Assembly: GCA_037379345.1 (NCBI GenBank)
Contig: CM074518.1
Span: 7,440,001-7,504,000 of the forward strand
From: Perna viridis
Lineage: Eukaryota
Direction: 5' to 3'
DNA: 64,000 bases
In this document: in pieces, positions 15,001 to 30,000 of the stretch
Layout: each line of letters opens with the position of its first letter
Numbering within the stretch: the first letter of the stretch is position 1
Position numbers and translations under genes: made by a program
The notes under the pieces: generated by a model
Databases searched by the model: none
What the model was told of the DNA's origin: nothing
The model's input: the letters and a program-made list of their open reading frames with translations, nothing else

Positions 15001-18000
15001 AGATAAAAGAGATGTTAGTAGAAACATCAAAAGAGAAGGCTTCAATTTATATAAAATAAATTCAGTGTACGCTTTGTATAATGCTTTCAGGAGTTTCCAT
15101 CATGCACCTGCAAGAAAAGCACTACACAGAAAGACCATTCTGGAGGACACAGACACGATCTGAAAAATTTATCATATCATTTTACATTCTAAGTAATTAA
15201 TTACTGGGTATGCAAAGAAAAATTATCAGCTAATTAAAGCAATTATGTAATGAATGTACAGTAGCAGAGAATATTTACCAATCGTGGACTGTGTGCCTAA
15301 ATACCCAACAAAGAGAATCATATATTTATCTAATTCTATCATACAAAAAACAATTGCCAAATAGCAGTATTATTGAGCACTAACATAAGAGCTTTCCTGG
15401 GTTTCCTGGCTCCAAGTCTGAAACTTGTACTTTTTCTTGATAAGTCAGTGAGTCAAAGATCTTAAAGCAATATAAATATATCATAAAAACCAATACTATC
15501 ATACACCCAATCTCCTTTTATTGTAGGTTGGATTGATTTAAGGTTGGAGACTTTCATTAATTGTTGAGGCAAAAAAAAAGGAATTGTCTCCCTTTGACGA
15601 CATGACTGATGGAAGCGGTAAATGATTTTCATATAGTCCATACCAGGTAACTAAGTTCAAAGGAACATAATTTAATTGTAATAAAATTTAAAGGGATCAA
15701 TATTTCCTGATGATATCACAACTACATACTGTTTCCTCACTACATAATAAAGTTTTGGGAAATTCTGTTCAGTAGTTCGAGAGCAGTTGTGATGACAAAA
15801 AGAAGACATCAGTCCGACAGACTGAGACATGTCAAAAACATTAAACCCTGTGAAAACTTGGTTGTGTGGTGTTATATATCTCAACAGGACATTGTGTACT
15901 ATGAACTACTTTCCTGTAGAGATAGATAGCATTCTTATTTAATACCACATAACCAAGTTTGTACTCTTAACACTAACAGATAAAACATAATAATAATTAT
16001 ATAAACACGTCCTTTTAACATTGGAAACTTACAATATAAATTTGAACCTAGAATTAGATCAACAGAGTTTATACTGTTTATTACATACAATGAATTATTC
16101 ATCTTTTCAAAAAATTTTAAAACTAAACAGTGTTCTAAGGGAAATTATTCACTTTTTACACTGAAGAAAAAAATTGTGGGATAAATTGACTAATACTTAA
16201 TACAGTATAATAACTTGACTTACACTGCATACAATGATATACAGTTATTACCTAATTTATCTATGAGATATAATAAAGAATGGAAATGGGGAATATGTCA
16301 AAGAGACAACCAGTTGACTAGGAATAGGAAATTGACCGCTCCATGTTTACGAATTGGCAGACAAGAGTCACATCTACGTTTTTACACATGAGTTTTTTGT
16401 GTGTAAATTCCAATTCAATGAAGCGCTTAAAAAAAGTTCAAACAATCAAAAGGCTTAGATAAAGGTCATTATGGGGTCAGTGCAATAGACTCCTCAAGGA
16501 GACTATTGCACCGTGTAATAGTTCATCGACAGTGCAATAGATCGTCCTGTCCTGAATAAATTTTGAAAATAGAGAGAAATGTGTGTATATTAAATAAACA
16601 ATATAAAACCTTATAATTAGGTAATAAAATAAATTGACTAATACTTAACACAATGTAAGTTAATACCAGTTATATAGTAAAATATTGAATTATGAATTTT
16701 ACAAGTCTTTAACCTTCTACTTCTTTTAAGATTTGTTTTACATTGAAGTATAGTCAAGATCTAACTGTGTTTAATTCCATCCACTGCCCACTTTAAATAA
16801 ATTCATAAGCAATAGCTCATGACCTGTTAATAGACCTTTTTTCATATTCCTGACTTTGACATAATTTTTTTTTTAATTTTGAGCAAAGGGAAGTAACTCT
16901 CCAACCTGACAGACAGGTTTACTGTCCAATTGGAGAAATGGACAGTAGTAGACTTCAAATTCCAATATGTGACTTATTGAAGCTTCAGTAAGTACTTGGA
17001 TACTTTTAAATAATTTATTTCAAAGCACTTACCTACTTACAGAAGTGAAAATAGTCTAAGTTTCAAAGAAAAAAACAGTTCTTCCTTTCCCCAATGAGAC
17101 CGCCAATCAGAATGTTGTGTGTTGGTGGATTACGTGAAAAACTTGCTAGAATGGCTTACATTACGAAAGTATAAAAGACAACTGTTGATTCTTACATGTT
17201 TAAAAAAGGAATAATTGGAATTGCTCAACTCCATGTAACAAGATTAAAAATTACTTAACTTCCACCTGAAATTATTTCCTTCTAAACTGAATATTGACTG
17301 CAATTCTATTGAAATGAATGTTCAATACATCAAGTTTATTATATCTATTGAGTTCAGCCAACAAGATGTATAAAAAAGACAATGTTTTCCCACAAATAAA
17401 CAAATCTAACACTGTCAAATGCTTGTTTTAAACAAAAGACTGATTTACACCAAATGAGCTTTTCTTACAAAGTAAATACAACATTTTAGGAGGGGTGGAC
17501 AATAAAAAGAATTATAAGACTACAGAGTTGTTGACATCTTATACCAAATGATGGGGAAGTAAACAACTGCATGCAGATAACAGATAAACATTGTGTGATT
17601 TGACAAACCTCATTTTTCCTCACAAATTTATTCTGTTAGTAAACAAACAAAAACATATGAATTGTTAAAAACTATTAACAACTGCTGTCATTAAGTAACT
17701 TACCTTAATTTTTCTATTTAGATTGTTTCTGATATTGGCAGTGGCAAGTATCAATTAAGTTAATAATTATTTATCCATTTTCTTGCTGAAAATTCCAACA
17801 AATAAGCAGATTCTGATTGTACCAAGTTCACTTTACAATGAAAACTAAATGTGTTTTTTTCCAATTGGATAAAACACTCTGCATTCCTTTGTGACATGCT
17901 CATACATGTAGGTGAACTGACCTTTAGTTTAGCAATGCCCTCTATAGTAGATTCTGTACCTGTCAGCTGTCTAACTAAAGTGGACCCCAGATACTACAAT

Positions 18001-21000
18001 AATAGACAATAATACTTCAGTTCTATTTCATTTCAGGTTGTCATAAAATTAGAAATCACTGTGTGCATTTATTTCTGAAGTTTAAGAGTATGCCATATTT
18101 TTGTTTTTGATTTTTGCCATTATAGAAAAACATTTCTAAATCTTAATGGTACAAGTTCAGATTTATTCACAATATTCACATTAACAACTTCTGCTTTCAC
18201 AGTATACAACCTCTTTTTCATGAATTTTTACTGTAAAATAACACTCAAAAACTGAGCTTGACAAAATTTACTTAAATTAACTGATACAATAAAAAAGAAC
18301 TGCCAAAGTAGAAATGAACTGTACATCTGTGATACAGAATATCTAATGTAAATAAAATGCTCTGCAGGGTGCAGGTTGACACAACTACACAGATCAAACT
18401 TGAAGCAGTTGGGGCAAGTATGGACACACTATTTTAACTTAATACAGACCTGAATTTTTATTCAAATTTAATACTTGATACAGGACAAGAATTTGACCAA
18501 AACTAATATGGCCTGTTTTGGCCCCTTATCTTTAAATGTTACCTAAAAATCAATTAGTTTTCCTTTTGGTGGTATGGCATCATGAAGTACACTTTATAAG
18601 ACAAGTCATTGTCTGGACATAAAGAAAATGCTTGTCTCTGGCCCTTAATTCTTAAACATTCAAGTCACAACTCCAAAAATCAACCACAGCCATTCTCCGA
18701 TGGTATAACACCTTGTACTATACAAAGCTCTAAACATGTATACTCAAGTTATTGTCTAAACACCAAATGTCTATAAAACAGACAGCATATACAACTGCAA
18801 TTTTTTTTGTGTGTGTGGGGGGGAGGGTTATAAAAATTGGTTAAATTGTGCAACATTCTAAACAACTCATTTCAGAGACTAATTAGAAGTCACCATCCCT
18901 TTAATTTATAAATTTATACACTGATCTGACTATGTCTATATAATATACCTGTGCAGTGTAGTTACAGCATCCTTTAATCAACATCTCAGGACGGTGTCGC
19001 CACTGTCTGACTTGTGTCATAGTATTAGCCTGGTGTGGAGGTCGTATGTGTATTGATGTGTCCTTTATACTTTTTCCCTACAACAATTATACAGAATAAC
19101 ATTAAATTGTTCTATAAGGATTGGTAATTATGCTTCATATTTCTTGGAACAGCTTTGTGCCAAATATACAACTTATAAGCTTAAGCTGCTTTTCAAAAGT
19201 TATCATGAAAAAGCAGATATAAAAGATGAAAACAAAAATAGTACTCCCCTATCAGAGATGGAGTGTGTTACTAGTACTTGAAAATCATTTCTTGGAAATG
19301 CTTATTAGCATGGAGCTTAATTTCCATTCTACATCAAATCAGCTTGATTTAAGGAGAATTAAACAAAAAAAGAAATGCATCCTTTAAAATTCTAAAGTCA
19401 ATAATGATTGTGCTATAACCATACCTGTACATTATTATGGAAGACATCATCATCACTATTCTCAACTGAAGGAGTCTCTGGCTTGGAAGAGGATTTAACA
19501 TCCTCCTCCGAGTTTGAAGGTAATGGCTTGACCTTGGTGTAGTCTTTAAACAAGTTTATATCAGTCAATGGAGATTTGTGGTCTTCAACTTTACTTTTCT
19601 TTTTCTACAACACACAACAATTCTAATAATTACCTGAACAACTGATATGAATTATAGCATGGTTAAAAGAAAACTGAAGGGTTGGGTACCTAGCTTAAGC
19701 AAATTGACTTAGGTTATCTCCCTTCCTACAATAAAAATCTAATTCCAGATAAGAATTAAGGTGCCAATTGTACAACTGGAACAAATACTTGCAAGTGTAT
19801 ACATGTACTTGAATTCTCTGATTTTTTTGCCATTTAAGACTATTGTATTTTTTGTGAAATTCTGAATAATTTATCGTTATTGAGCAACATTGTCCATTTT
19901 GTATATTCTGGTATTTTAGCCACACACCTAACTACTTCAATGGGGTACCCCAATACACTAAAAGCATGCATGTAAATTACAAATGGCACAATCTATTGTC
20001 AGTTGACAGTATTGATCCGCCTTAAATGTTGATTTCATATCATAAAAATAATTTTTTTTTTTTATTTCACTTATAACTGTTTATGCTGCAACATTAACTG
20101 CTTCACAGTTTATTCACCGTAAACCGACTCAAAAGTCATTCATATCTTATACACTAACCAGCAATTATAACAATCCTTAAACAATAATTTTTATTGTACA
20201 ATATACTAAATAAGTTATTGGATATAATGAAAAGTGTAATCTACAGATTTGGAAGTTTTACACAAGAATTACTGCCAAATTAGCGGCCTATTGGATCCTG
20301 TATAAAAACTCATCTTCCAACCAAAAACAAACAATTTCATATTGTTTCTATCAGGATCTATAACGTCAATATCTCAGAGACAATTTCTGATGACAATCCA
20401 GTGACATAACTAGTGACTAATTATTCCTACCAGGGAAGAAAACTGTCTGTCTGGTGGAGATCTGTCTCCTAATGAGGCCAATATTCTTTTTCTGTGTCCT
20501 AAAGAGGATATGTCTAATACCTGGAAAATATCATATACATATACATGTACAAATGTAGTATAATTATTACCTTAGTGGCAACAGAGCATATCTTTTATGT
20601 ACCAGTCATTTAGAATTTTATCTTCTCAATATTGTGAAAATTAAGTGTCAACATGCAAGGTTTTAAAATTATCTAATATCAAACCCTTTCATATCACATT
20701 TTAAGCATACTTAACCATTATAATACAATACAACCAAGTTATTGGTTAGGTTTGGTTATTTGGAAACTAACCTGTTTTTTTTTCATTACATATCTTTGAT
20801 TTAATGAAACAAATAGGAAATAACGAATCCTGAATCAGCGATTTTGATCTATCCAATACTTACTGTACTAAGTTCTAATTCCCAGAGTTGAAGGACTCTC
20901 TCCATTGTATTGTATTTGTGTGAGATGAATTTATCAAGGTAATGAGGTAAATGTATGCTTTCTAACCAGACTCGAACAGACTCTGGTGGGCTGTTGGCAC

Positions 21001-24000
21001 CTGTAACGAGATAACGTCAGGTAAATGTTTACTTTTGTACCAGACTCTGGACTGTTGGCACCTCTAATGCGATAATGTCAGGTAAATGCATTTTACATCA
21101 TAAAGAGAATATACCCCTTTCAAGTAGATTTACATCATGTTAAACCTTTAAATTGGATAATTTCCCCTTGCAATGACCTGCTGTTAATCAAATCTTCTTT
21201 CATTAACATGTATATATGATGCCTTACATTTATAAAAGGTTTGATTGAAACCTGTTTGGTGTGGGAGAAATTGTGCTTAGAAGATTTAGTATTTAAAATC
21301 CTACAGTTACGTTATTTCTCTTTCCAGGTTTTGGCCAATGATGAACTCCCTTCATGCATGTCTAATGTCTACTCTTTCTATAAAATAGCTGTGCTTAGAA
21401 ACTATCTATTTCTACAGGCTGACAGACAAAAAGACATGATGATTCCTATATTCATTCCTTCCTGGCTTGGTTTTCAGGAGGTGTAAAAAAAACTGTTGAG
21501 TGTTTTCAGGCCATTGTTAGCTTCAACTCTACCAAACTGTGTCACAAAATCGTCCTCCTAAAAATAAATTTAGTTGGTGACTTACTTATGGGTATGATCT
21601 GTGTTAGTGTCTTGGCATGGTCTAGAATCTTCTTCCTATGTTCAGCTGTTGTGATACCTATGGACTGTAGGTCCTGATCTTCCATTATTTTTTCACCCTT
21701 TGAAAACAAAAATACATTTGTTTACTTATTTATTTATTTCAGCAAAAATTACCTAATGAGATGAATACTAATCTTCAGCAATCACAGACCTGATTAAAAT
21801 TAAATTAAAAAACAAGATGTGTTGGCAGGACACTAATGCCCCTGCCTACAGTACAGGTTCTCAAATTTCAATGAAAAATATTCCACCAAAATTTTACAAA
21901 ATAGAAGAGAACTTAACTGCAATCTGTAACTCATCAAAATTTACCTGCATAAAAATCTCAAAAGTTTGTGATCAGTAAACAAGAGGAAGCTCTTCATGAA
22001 AAATCATTATGTTTAGTGGGAGCTGAAAATTGGTCATTCTTAACCAATTTAAGGCTTGTTATACATGTGACAGCAAACTGCTGAGTATTACAGTGTCCAG
22101 AAAAATATTAATGTTGTTGATACTGTCATATCAAGTTTATCTATGATAGTGCACACATGCTGTCTATGGCTATAAATTTATTTTAATACTATCTATGAAT
22201 GAAAACCTACCAAAAATTCTGTGTCATCAAATCCATTGGCATACAAGGTACTTTCATACTGCCCTAACCCAAGGGACTCTAACCATTCGCCAACACTATG
22301 AACACTAATGCTGTTCTTTGTACCTGTAATGTATACAAACCTATTTATCTATTCTGTAAAGTTATGGTAATACCTGTACATTCTATATTATTTAAGTTTG
22401 AATAACAGAGGCCAGTATATATCGTATTGTTTCAGAGATAAAAAAAAAAAACCAAAATCCAGCCTTTTTTAACTTATGCAGCATCTTATTGAGTAAAATT
22501 ACTTATTGACAGAGCTACCCTGGGTATAATTTCCCCAATCTAATGTTCCACAACACAGTTGACATTAAAATATAAGGACATTTCTGTCTTTACTTTGCCA
22601 CATCAGAGATAAAATTTAATGTCAATTAAGGTGCAATGAAGAATTCAGAGGCCTTATAAAAAAAATATATCACAAAGATAACTTTTGATATTTTTCACAC
22701 ATCTGTGTAACTCTGATTGAGTATATAATCCGATGTGAAATCTTTAAAGTTTTCATTTCTCTCCCATTCTGAGAGACTTTGCCTACACCCTTCTAGTTAC
22801 GTAATAACCAGACTAGAATATCTAATGTGTTTTATCAACATCACCACATCATACAAACTGCTTATGCAATTTAATTATTTCAAAATATGATCTATGATTT
22901 CATAAATTTCTTTGACAAATGCTTGTCTCTAATTTAATAATACTTTGCCAATAGAACATCTGTTGAATAAATTCCAGTTACACAATGTCTGGCATTCAAA
23001 AGTATCCATAATAGGATTTCAATCAAGAAAACAAATCCTTGCTTATTAATTCTATGGAGGTCATTATAACTACCGGTAATCTATTACATGTTTGACCACT
23101 TTATCAATTAAGACAAATTAGTCTAATATTTATATCCCAAGTCTGACAGCAAAAGACAATGGTGTTTATAGAAGATTATTTCATACTATTACATGGTACA
23201 CTTCATCCCTGAGTATCTACACAATGATACTTCTTATCATTAAACACTTGTATGGCATTAGTTCTTCCTTAACAATACATTATTAACAAATTGTATTCTG
23301 TAGGTTACTTCATAAAGATACCATTATCATGTCTTGTTTCAATTATGATTTCTCTTGACTTGGATATGATCTTAAACAGGATTTGTTCTGAGTGACACAA
23401 CATACAGATGTAGAACACTGCACTCTCATACATTACAGCATTTTTACAGGGTTTCCCTCTCCACAAGATAAAAATATTTGGTGCAATACTTTTTTTTTTA
23501 AATCAGCAATCTGTACATTTTTCATATGATCTAGTTTACAGATATTTCTTTATCATCACATGACAATAAATGTAAAATAATTTGAAACAGAAAATTTTCT
23601 TTAAATTACAGACACTATGATAGACAGCCATTAGGTTGTTATTCAATGTTCTTACTCGGATTTACATGTAATTTTTACATTTTAAACATAAAGAAGTCAG
23701 CTTAAGCAAAAGCAAAGCTAAAATAAGATTATAAAGATTGATCATGATACTGATAAATCATAAATCACAAAAATATCACAAATAACAAAGAATTAACATA
23801 AGAATCACAACAATGAGGCAGTATATTGAGTTTGACTTTAAAATAACGATTGCTGAAGTTTTTATAACAGTCATACCATTAACAAAAGGAAATATAGTCA
23901 AAAGATAGAGCGGCGTCTCATAAAGAGAAAAAAACAAAGGTTTCTTATCAAATATAAAACTTCAAAATATGATTAACTAAAACTAACAGATATTTCATAC

Positions 24001-27000
24001 TACATGTACATGCAGAGAGACGATGTGACATTCATTTACCTGTACTTGTAAGATGTTTAGTGAATAAGGCCTCAAACTTTTCAACGAAGACCGACTCTCG
24101 GTCAATTCCCGCCCCAAATGATGCCATTATATCCTCAATCTAGAGAAGAAGGTCAAAACATCATTCCAGGTGCATGCATTTGGAGAAAATCTACCAACTC
24201 ATTCAAAACTACATATTTTTCATACCAAAATTTTCAGAGATTAACATGAATCACAGTGTAGTCACTATAAATAAAACTTTCTTATATTGCTTTTGTTTTC
24301 TTCCTTATCAATTAGTTTGACTATCACTTGCATTCTAATCTCTGAAATTTTAAAATCTTCACTTATCAAAAAATCTTGTACTCAAATCATTTTTTACCAT
24401 GGATTACATTCAACTCATATCTTAAATACAAAGATAACTTTTCTATGATGTTAATCTTTCTAAACATGAGACACTGGTTGGGATATTTTTCTTGAACAGA
24501 TAAAAGTTAAGACTACTAATCACCAATGCTTGTCACTTTAGGTCTAATTTGGTGAATCTCGAATTTACAAATGAAAGCAATTCTTTTAGCTGACTTACTT
24601 TTTGATCTAAAGCTGAGTCTGAATCCATTTTTACGATTTTTTTAACAAGATTTTCTGTGAATTTAAAACATACGGATGATCATGCTATAAATACAAGCAG
24701 AAGACAACAGGACATTATACTATATGTGTATAGATACACTTCAGTGAAGTGTTGATTTCCTGATTAAGAACATTATCTTATTTACACATTTTTTCTTAAT
24801 CAAAATCCTATCGTTTATAACAGAAGAAAATGTAATATAAATCAATGGTGGGTAATTATATCGTAACTTTGTCTTCTACTTATATAGGCATGCTTGTAAA
24901 AAATGTCTGTTCTGCTCATTCCTTCCAAAAATAGGGGGGATTAAGCAATGAAAATAATCACTTAAAATCTTTATGGGAAATATAATAAAAGGTAATTACC
25001 ATTACTATTCATTCGGTACATGTGTTTTAAGTACATGGACAAACTTTGGATGAAAATGAACAGAAACAAACATATTTCTTTTTATTATTTTATCTATTGA
25101 GGTGAAGATTAATGATAGTAGTCAGATTTCTACTGCAAGAGAAGCATACATGTATCTGTTATATCTGATATGTAAACAAAATATGGTGATACATGTACAA
25201 TTTTTACACTATACTGCATAATTATGTTATTGATTTCAATAAGAAATCTTATAAATGTGAAATGCAGTGGCAATCCAGAAGGCACATACATATTATTTTG
25301 TCTACAAGCATTGCTTCAGATGTGAAAGTGTTTTCTCTCATGACTTGATTTGAATATGGCACTTTTTCAATTTTGGTAATTTGCAACAGTTAGCTGTACT
25401 TTCATGCACAAGTATACCACTGAAAAAAAAGAGAAAATGATTTTCCCACATGCTGGTCCTTCAGAAAAGCCATCATCTGAACTGATAGTTTCCCATCTAT
25501 TTATATGTCATGACAAACATAGGTTTGTATGCAATCTAAGGTTAACAAATTACAGTTCCTGGATCTATTACTCAATAAAATCACCTAAATATTATAAGAA
25601 AGAATATTTCCTTCTCATTAATTTTCTGTCTAGAGACCTACTGCTGGCTTCCACTAAAACATAATTAAGTCTAGACAAGAATGGAATTGCCATACTATAC
25701 CTAAACAATGATACCTGGTTATAGAGTATGCCAACTAAAGAACATTTTTCTGTAAATTTAGTGCAGCATTTAATTGTGTATGAAATGTTGACATGCAAAT
25801 CCAATTAGCAAATTTGAAGGAAACAATTTTCTTAGCCTGCAGGTGTATGGATGGCTAATTGTTTCAGGTAGCAGACATCAAAATATATGCTTGTATTAAA
25901 CATCAGATAGATGGGAACCTTGTTCAAGATGGAAAGTTTTTCTTCAAGCAGAAATTCAAGCAAGCAGATTGAAAGACAGGCAACATCACTCCACAATTAA
26001 CAGAAGGCACCATGCCAACTTTAGGGGTCAAGGTCATTTCATGGTCATTTCTGGCAGGCAATGCTAGTACCTTCTAAAAGGTTGCCTAACTCTGCATCTG
26101 AAATACTTTCATCATGTGAAAGTTTGCCACCAAAACTGGATACAATATCTGCTATCTGTAAGAACATTGGTAATAATATATCAATGCTGTTGATACTAGT
26201 GGGAGTCTGATAAACAACAGCTGTCAAATTGTATTCTTTAACTGACGTCTTATTCAAATGGTAAAGAACTACTCCTTTAGATTTTATTCACCTCTTATCA
26301 GATAGAGTGTTTCTGATATTATCCTAATAAAAAAGCCTTTGTACTTATGCTGTTTTACTTTTCAAAATGTTGGCATTTTTTTTTTCTCTCAAGTCTTCAA
26401 CAATGCTCATATACATACATTGAGCAGCTCCTTTTTACCTGAAATCATTTATTTTAGGCTTTTTTGCTTAACTCTTAAAAATAAATTTATTAATTTTGTT
26501 TATATAATTATTCACTTTTGATATTTCATACGAAGAAAGAATTTTATAAAAATCTAATTGACCAAAGATTAAAATATTGTACAACTAATTGTAATGCTAT
26601 ACCTGGTTCCATTCACATTCGTCATCAAATGACCCATCTTCTTTCATCCCAGATTTCATTTCCTTATAGGCCAAACGATCTATCATTAGTTCTTTGTCAT
26701 GGTTACCACCTTCTTCTCTCTCCATTACAGGTTCAAAGGTCATGCTGCCTGTAACTAATGGCAATGACGTCCTTTTACCCTGTGGTCTGCCATGAGGCAC
26801 AGCCACATTCTCATAAATTTGTGAGACGACTCTTCTTGGTCCACCAATTACTGATCCTCGCAAAAGGCCTGGAAAGAAAAAAAAATATGCAGAATGAATA
26901 ACATACAATTAACGTCCAGAAAACATGGAGTTAATGAGATAAAGTTTGATGTCAAGATTACAAACATTGAAAACAGAATAATAAATTTGATCAAAGTTAA

Positions 27001-30000
27001 TGAGTATAATCATTAATCATAGGTGGAGTATTTTCCTGATTTAACTAAATATTAATCATTCTAAGGTACTGGGATACAAAATTATTCAAAGAGAAATTGT
27101 GGACTTAACAGCTACAGCTGAAAACACTTAATAATTTCTGGTTTTGCTAGCTAGCATTCAAATTAAAATCCCTGCCATTTCAAATCACTCCATATAGAGA
27201 ATGATTCGTAAATGACAACATATAGCAACACAATGTAATTGTCACATATATGTACTCCATCAATTGTATTATTATTTTACTTGAAATGTAAGAAAAAAAA
27301 GTTGGAATTGAGTTGGACTAATATCATACACTGATAGGATATTACATCAAGGTATGAGGACTATCAACACCAACCATATATAACACAGTGTTAATGGACT
27401 TACTTCTTGTAGACACTTTTCTTTTTATCATAATATTGAGGTTTTATGTTGTAAATTACAGATATCTCATAGAAAACATTTAAGGGAAAAGTATTCATGA
27501 CCATAAATTGATTTACAGCATTTATAGGACCAATTATTATCTAACTTATATAAAATCTACTACATGTTCTGACAATGTTTACCTTTAACATCAAACAACA
27601 TAAAGTATTTTAATTCTAGGATTTAGGTATTAATGAGGAACAACATGTAAGAACACTTCACATCCACAATTTAATTTTTAAAAGAAAGTAGACAGAAAGA
27701 GCTATTTGTTTCATCTAAGTGTAGACTAAATAAACCTGCATTAATTAATTCCTATTTCCACTTTGGCAGATTCTCCCACCTCCAGATTCCAGAAAAAAGA
27801 TCATAACCCATTAACACTGGGGGAAAAGTTCTTTACTCTGTCAGAATCTGTTTATTTTAGTTTCTACTTATGTAAAGCACATTTCCCCTGTAGTTTTAGC
27901 ACTGATACAGAAATCATGTCTGAGTGAGTTTTTTTCTCAAGCTTTTTTTCTGCAAAAGACATTATTTATATAATAGTTTTCTGATAGAATTCTGACACAT
28001 ATTGATTCCCTGGGTATTGGATCAGAACAGGATCATTGGTATTCTTTACATTTTTCTTGAAATCATGTTGACAGATATTTTTCTATCTCTCTTTAATACA
28101 TGACAAGATATTCAGAAATATCTATCAATACATTGAGAGTGTTTGTGAAGTCATAAGAGTCTTCTTTAGAGTTTTGTATGAAAATGACATCATGCGACAA
28201 CAGTGTGTAGTTGCACTATTAGCTTTTTTGCAAACTATAGTTGTTCAATAAGGAAATGTATATAAAATGATTAAAAAACCAATAATTGGATAACTGATAA
28301 AAAGAATAATTGGATAACTGATAAATATTTACTTTCAGATTAGATACGTACATTATAATACAAAATATACAGACACATGCTCAGGCTTGTTGAGATATTC
28401 CATATATATTTTTCCTAAAGAGCAGATTGAGCATTTACTAGAGATATAGATAGGCAGCAATTTCTGTTCTGAGCAAAATAATCCCCTAATGATACCTAAG
28501 TACAAAATGATCAAACATTTTACTCTTACTATGAGAAAGGTACCATCTTTAAAGTAAGACAAGAAGTCTTATTGAAGTCAGTACTGTTGTACTAAATAAA
28601 ATTTGTGCCCTGTTGTCCTGTGTCCTGTAGTTGTATGTTTGCTAACTTTGATTGAATAAAACTTATTTGTTTAAATAGCTGAGGCAATGTGACCAAATAC
28701 ATAATTGTATTGGATTCAGTTACCAGTAAAAGACTGGTAAATGGAGCTATAACTAAACAGATGAACAGAAATATATATATATGGATGGGAAGCAGGCCAT
28801 TAAACTCTGCTGTGGGAAATAAAAAATGTAACATTTCAAATCTATGAGGATATAGCCATTCTACATTATTACCTCTACAAATGACAAGTTAATAGCTTTC
28901 CAAGACTCTCAGAAGAACTTGAAGTTATTCTAATACACTTAAATAAATGCCCTGAATCCATACTGATTCTTTTACTTCCATTTTATTAGTAAGGTGCTGA
29001 TTCTGACTGAAGCAGATGGGCAATAAAATAACAAGATGTAAATTGAAATTCTCTTCTTAAAATTAAATAATGGATTCTAAAAGATATGTTTTAAGCTAAT
29101 GATTATGACCTATTGCACTATAACTGAGAATACCAGACTTACACAAGGTAATGACAAAATCACCAACTGATAGGCAAACTCTAGTCATTGGTCAAAAGGT
29201 ATAGCCAAAGGAACAAACCAACTGATAGGCAAACTCTAGTCATTGGTCAAAAGGTATAGCCAAAGGAACAAACCAACTGATGGGCAAACTCTAGTCATTG
29301 GTCAAAAGATATAGCCAAAGGAACAAACCAACTGATAGGCAAACTCTAGGCAATGGTCAAAAGGTACAGCCAAGAGAACAAACCAACTGATAGGCAAACT
29401 CTAGGCATTGTAAAAAGGTATAGCCAAAAGAACAAACCAACTGATAGGCAAACTCCGGGCAATGGTCAAAAGGTATAGCCAAAGGAACAAACCAACTGAT
29501 AGGCAAACTCTAGGCAATAGTCAAAAGGTATAACCAAAAGAACTGAAGTTCATATAACAAATGACAAGTCAAAAACCTGTAAGTTAGAAACAACCACTAT
29601 GGTCCTGGACTTTGTACAGGCATTTCTGATCAAAATGAGTGGGTTTCCATCTGAGAATACTTTGAAGTCAGGAAGATATGACTAGTGAGAGGAATATTCT
29701 GATGTTACAAATATAAATGGAGCAACTTTAAAAATTAATATTTGTCAAAAAGCTTGGGATTAAATGCTGTTTCATTTAAATTACATCATATTTTGTTGTA
29801 TTTTAAATGATCAAAATGGAACTGAATTGGTTCCAGTTTCAAATTCTTGTCTTCTCATTTACAAATTCAGACAAATTGTGACTGCAAGAATTTCAGTTGG
29901 ACTGACATCTTGACAAAAAGCTCAGTCAAAATAATAGTACAGTTTTTTTTTTTATAGATCATGTTATCACTGTTGGTTTTGCAGATCTTTCATGTCTGTT

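Noticed and set aside
17704-17728. Exon-like segment with AAG|gtaagt donor
   Set aside because: Both the 25-nt and 10-nt versions contain stops and shift the frame; at most a cryptic or poison site.
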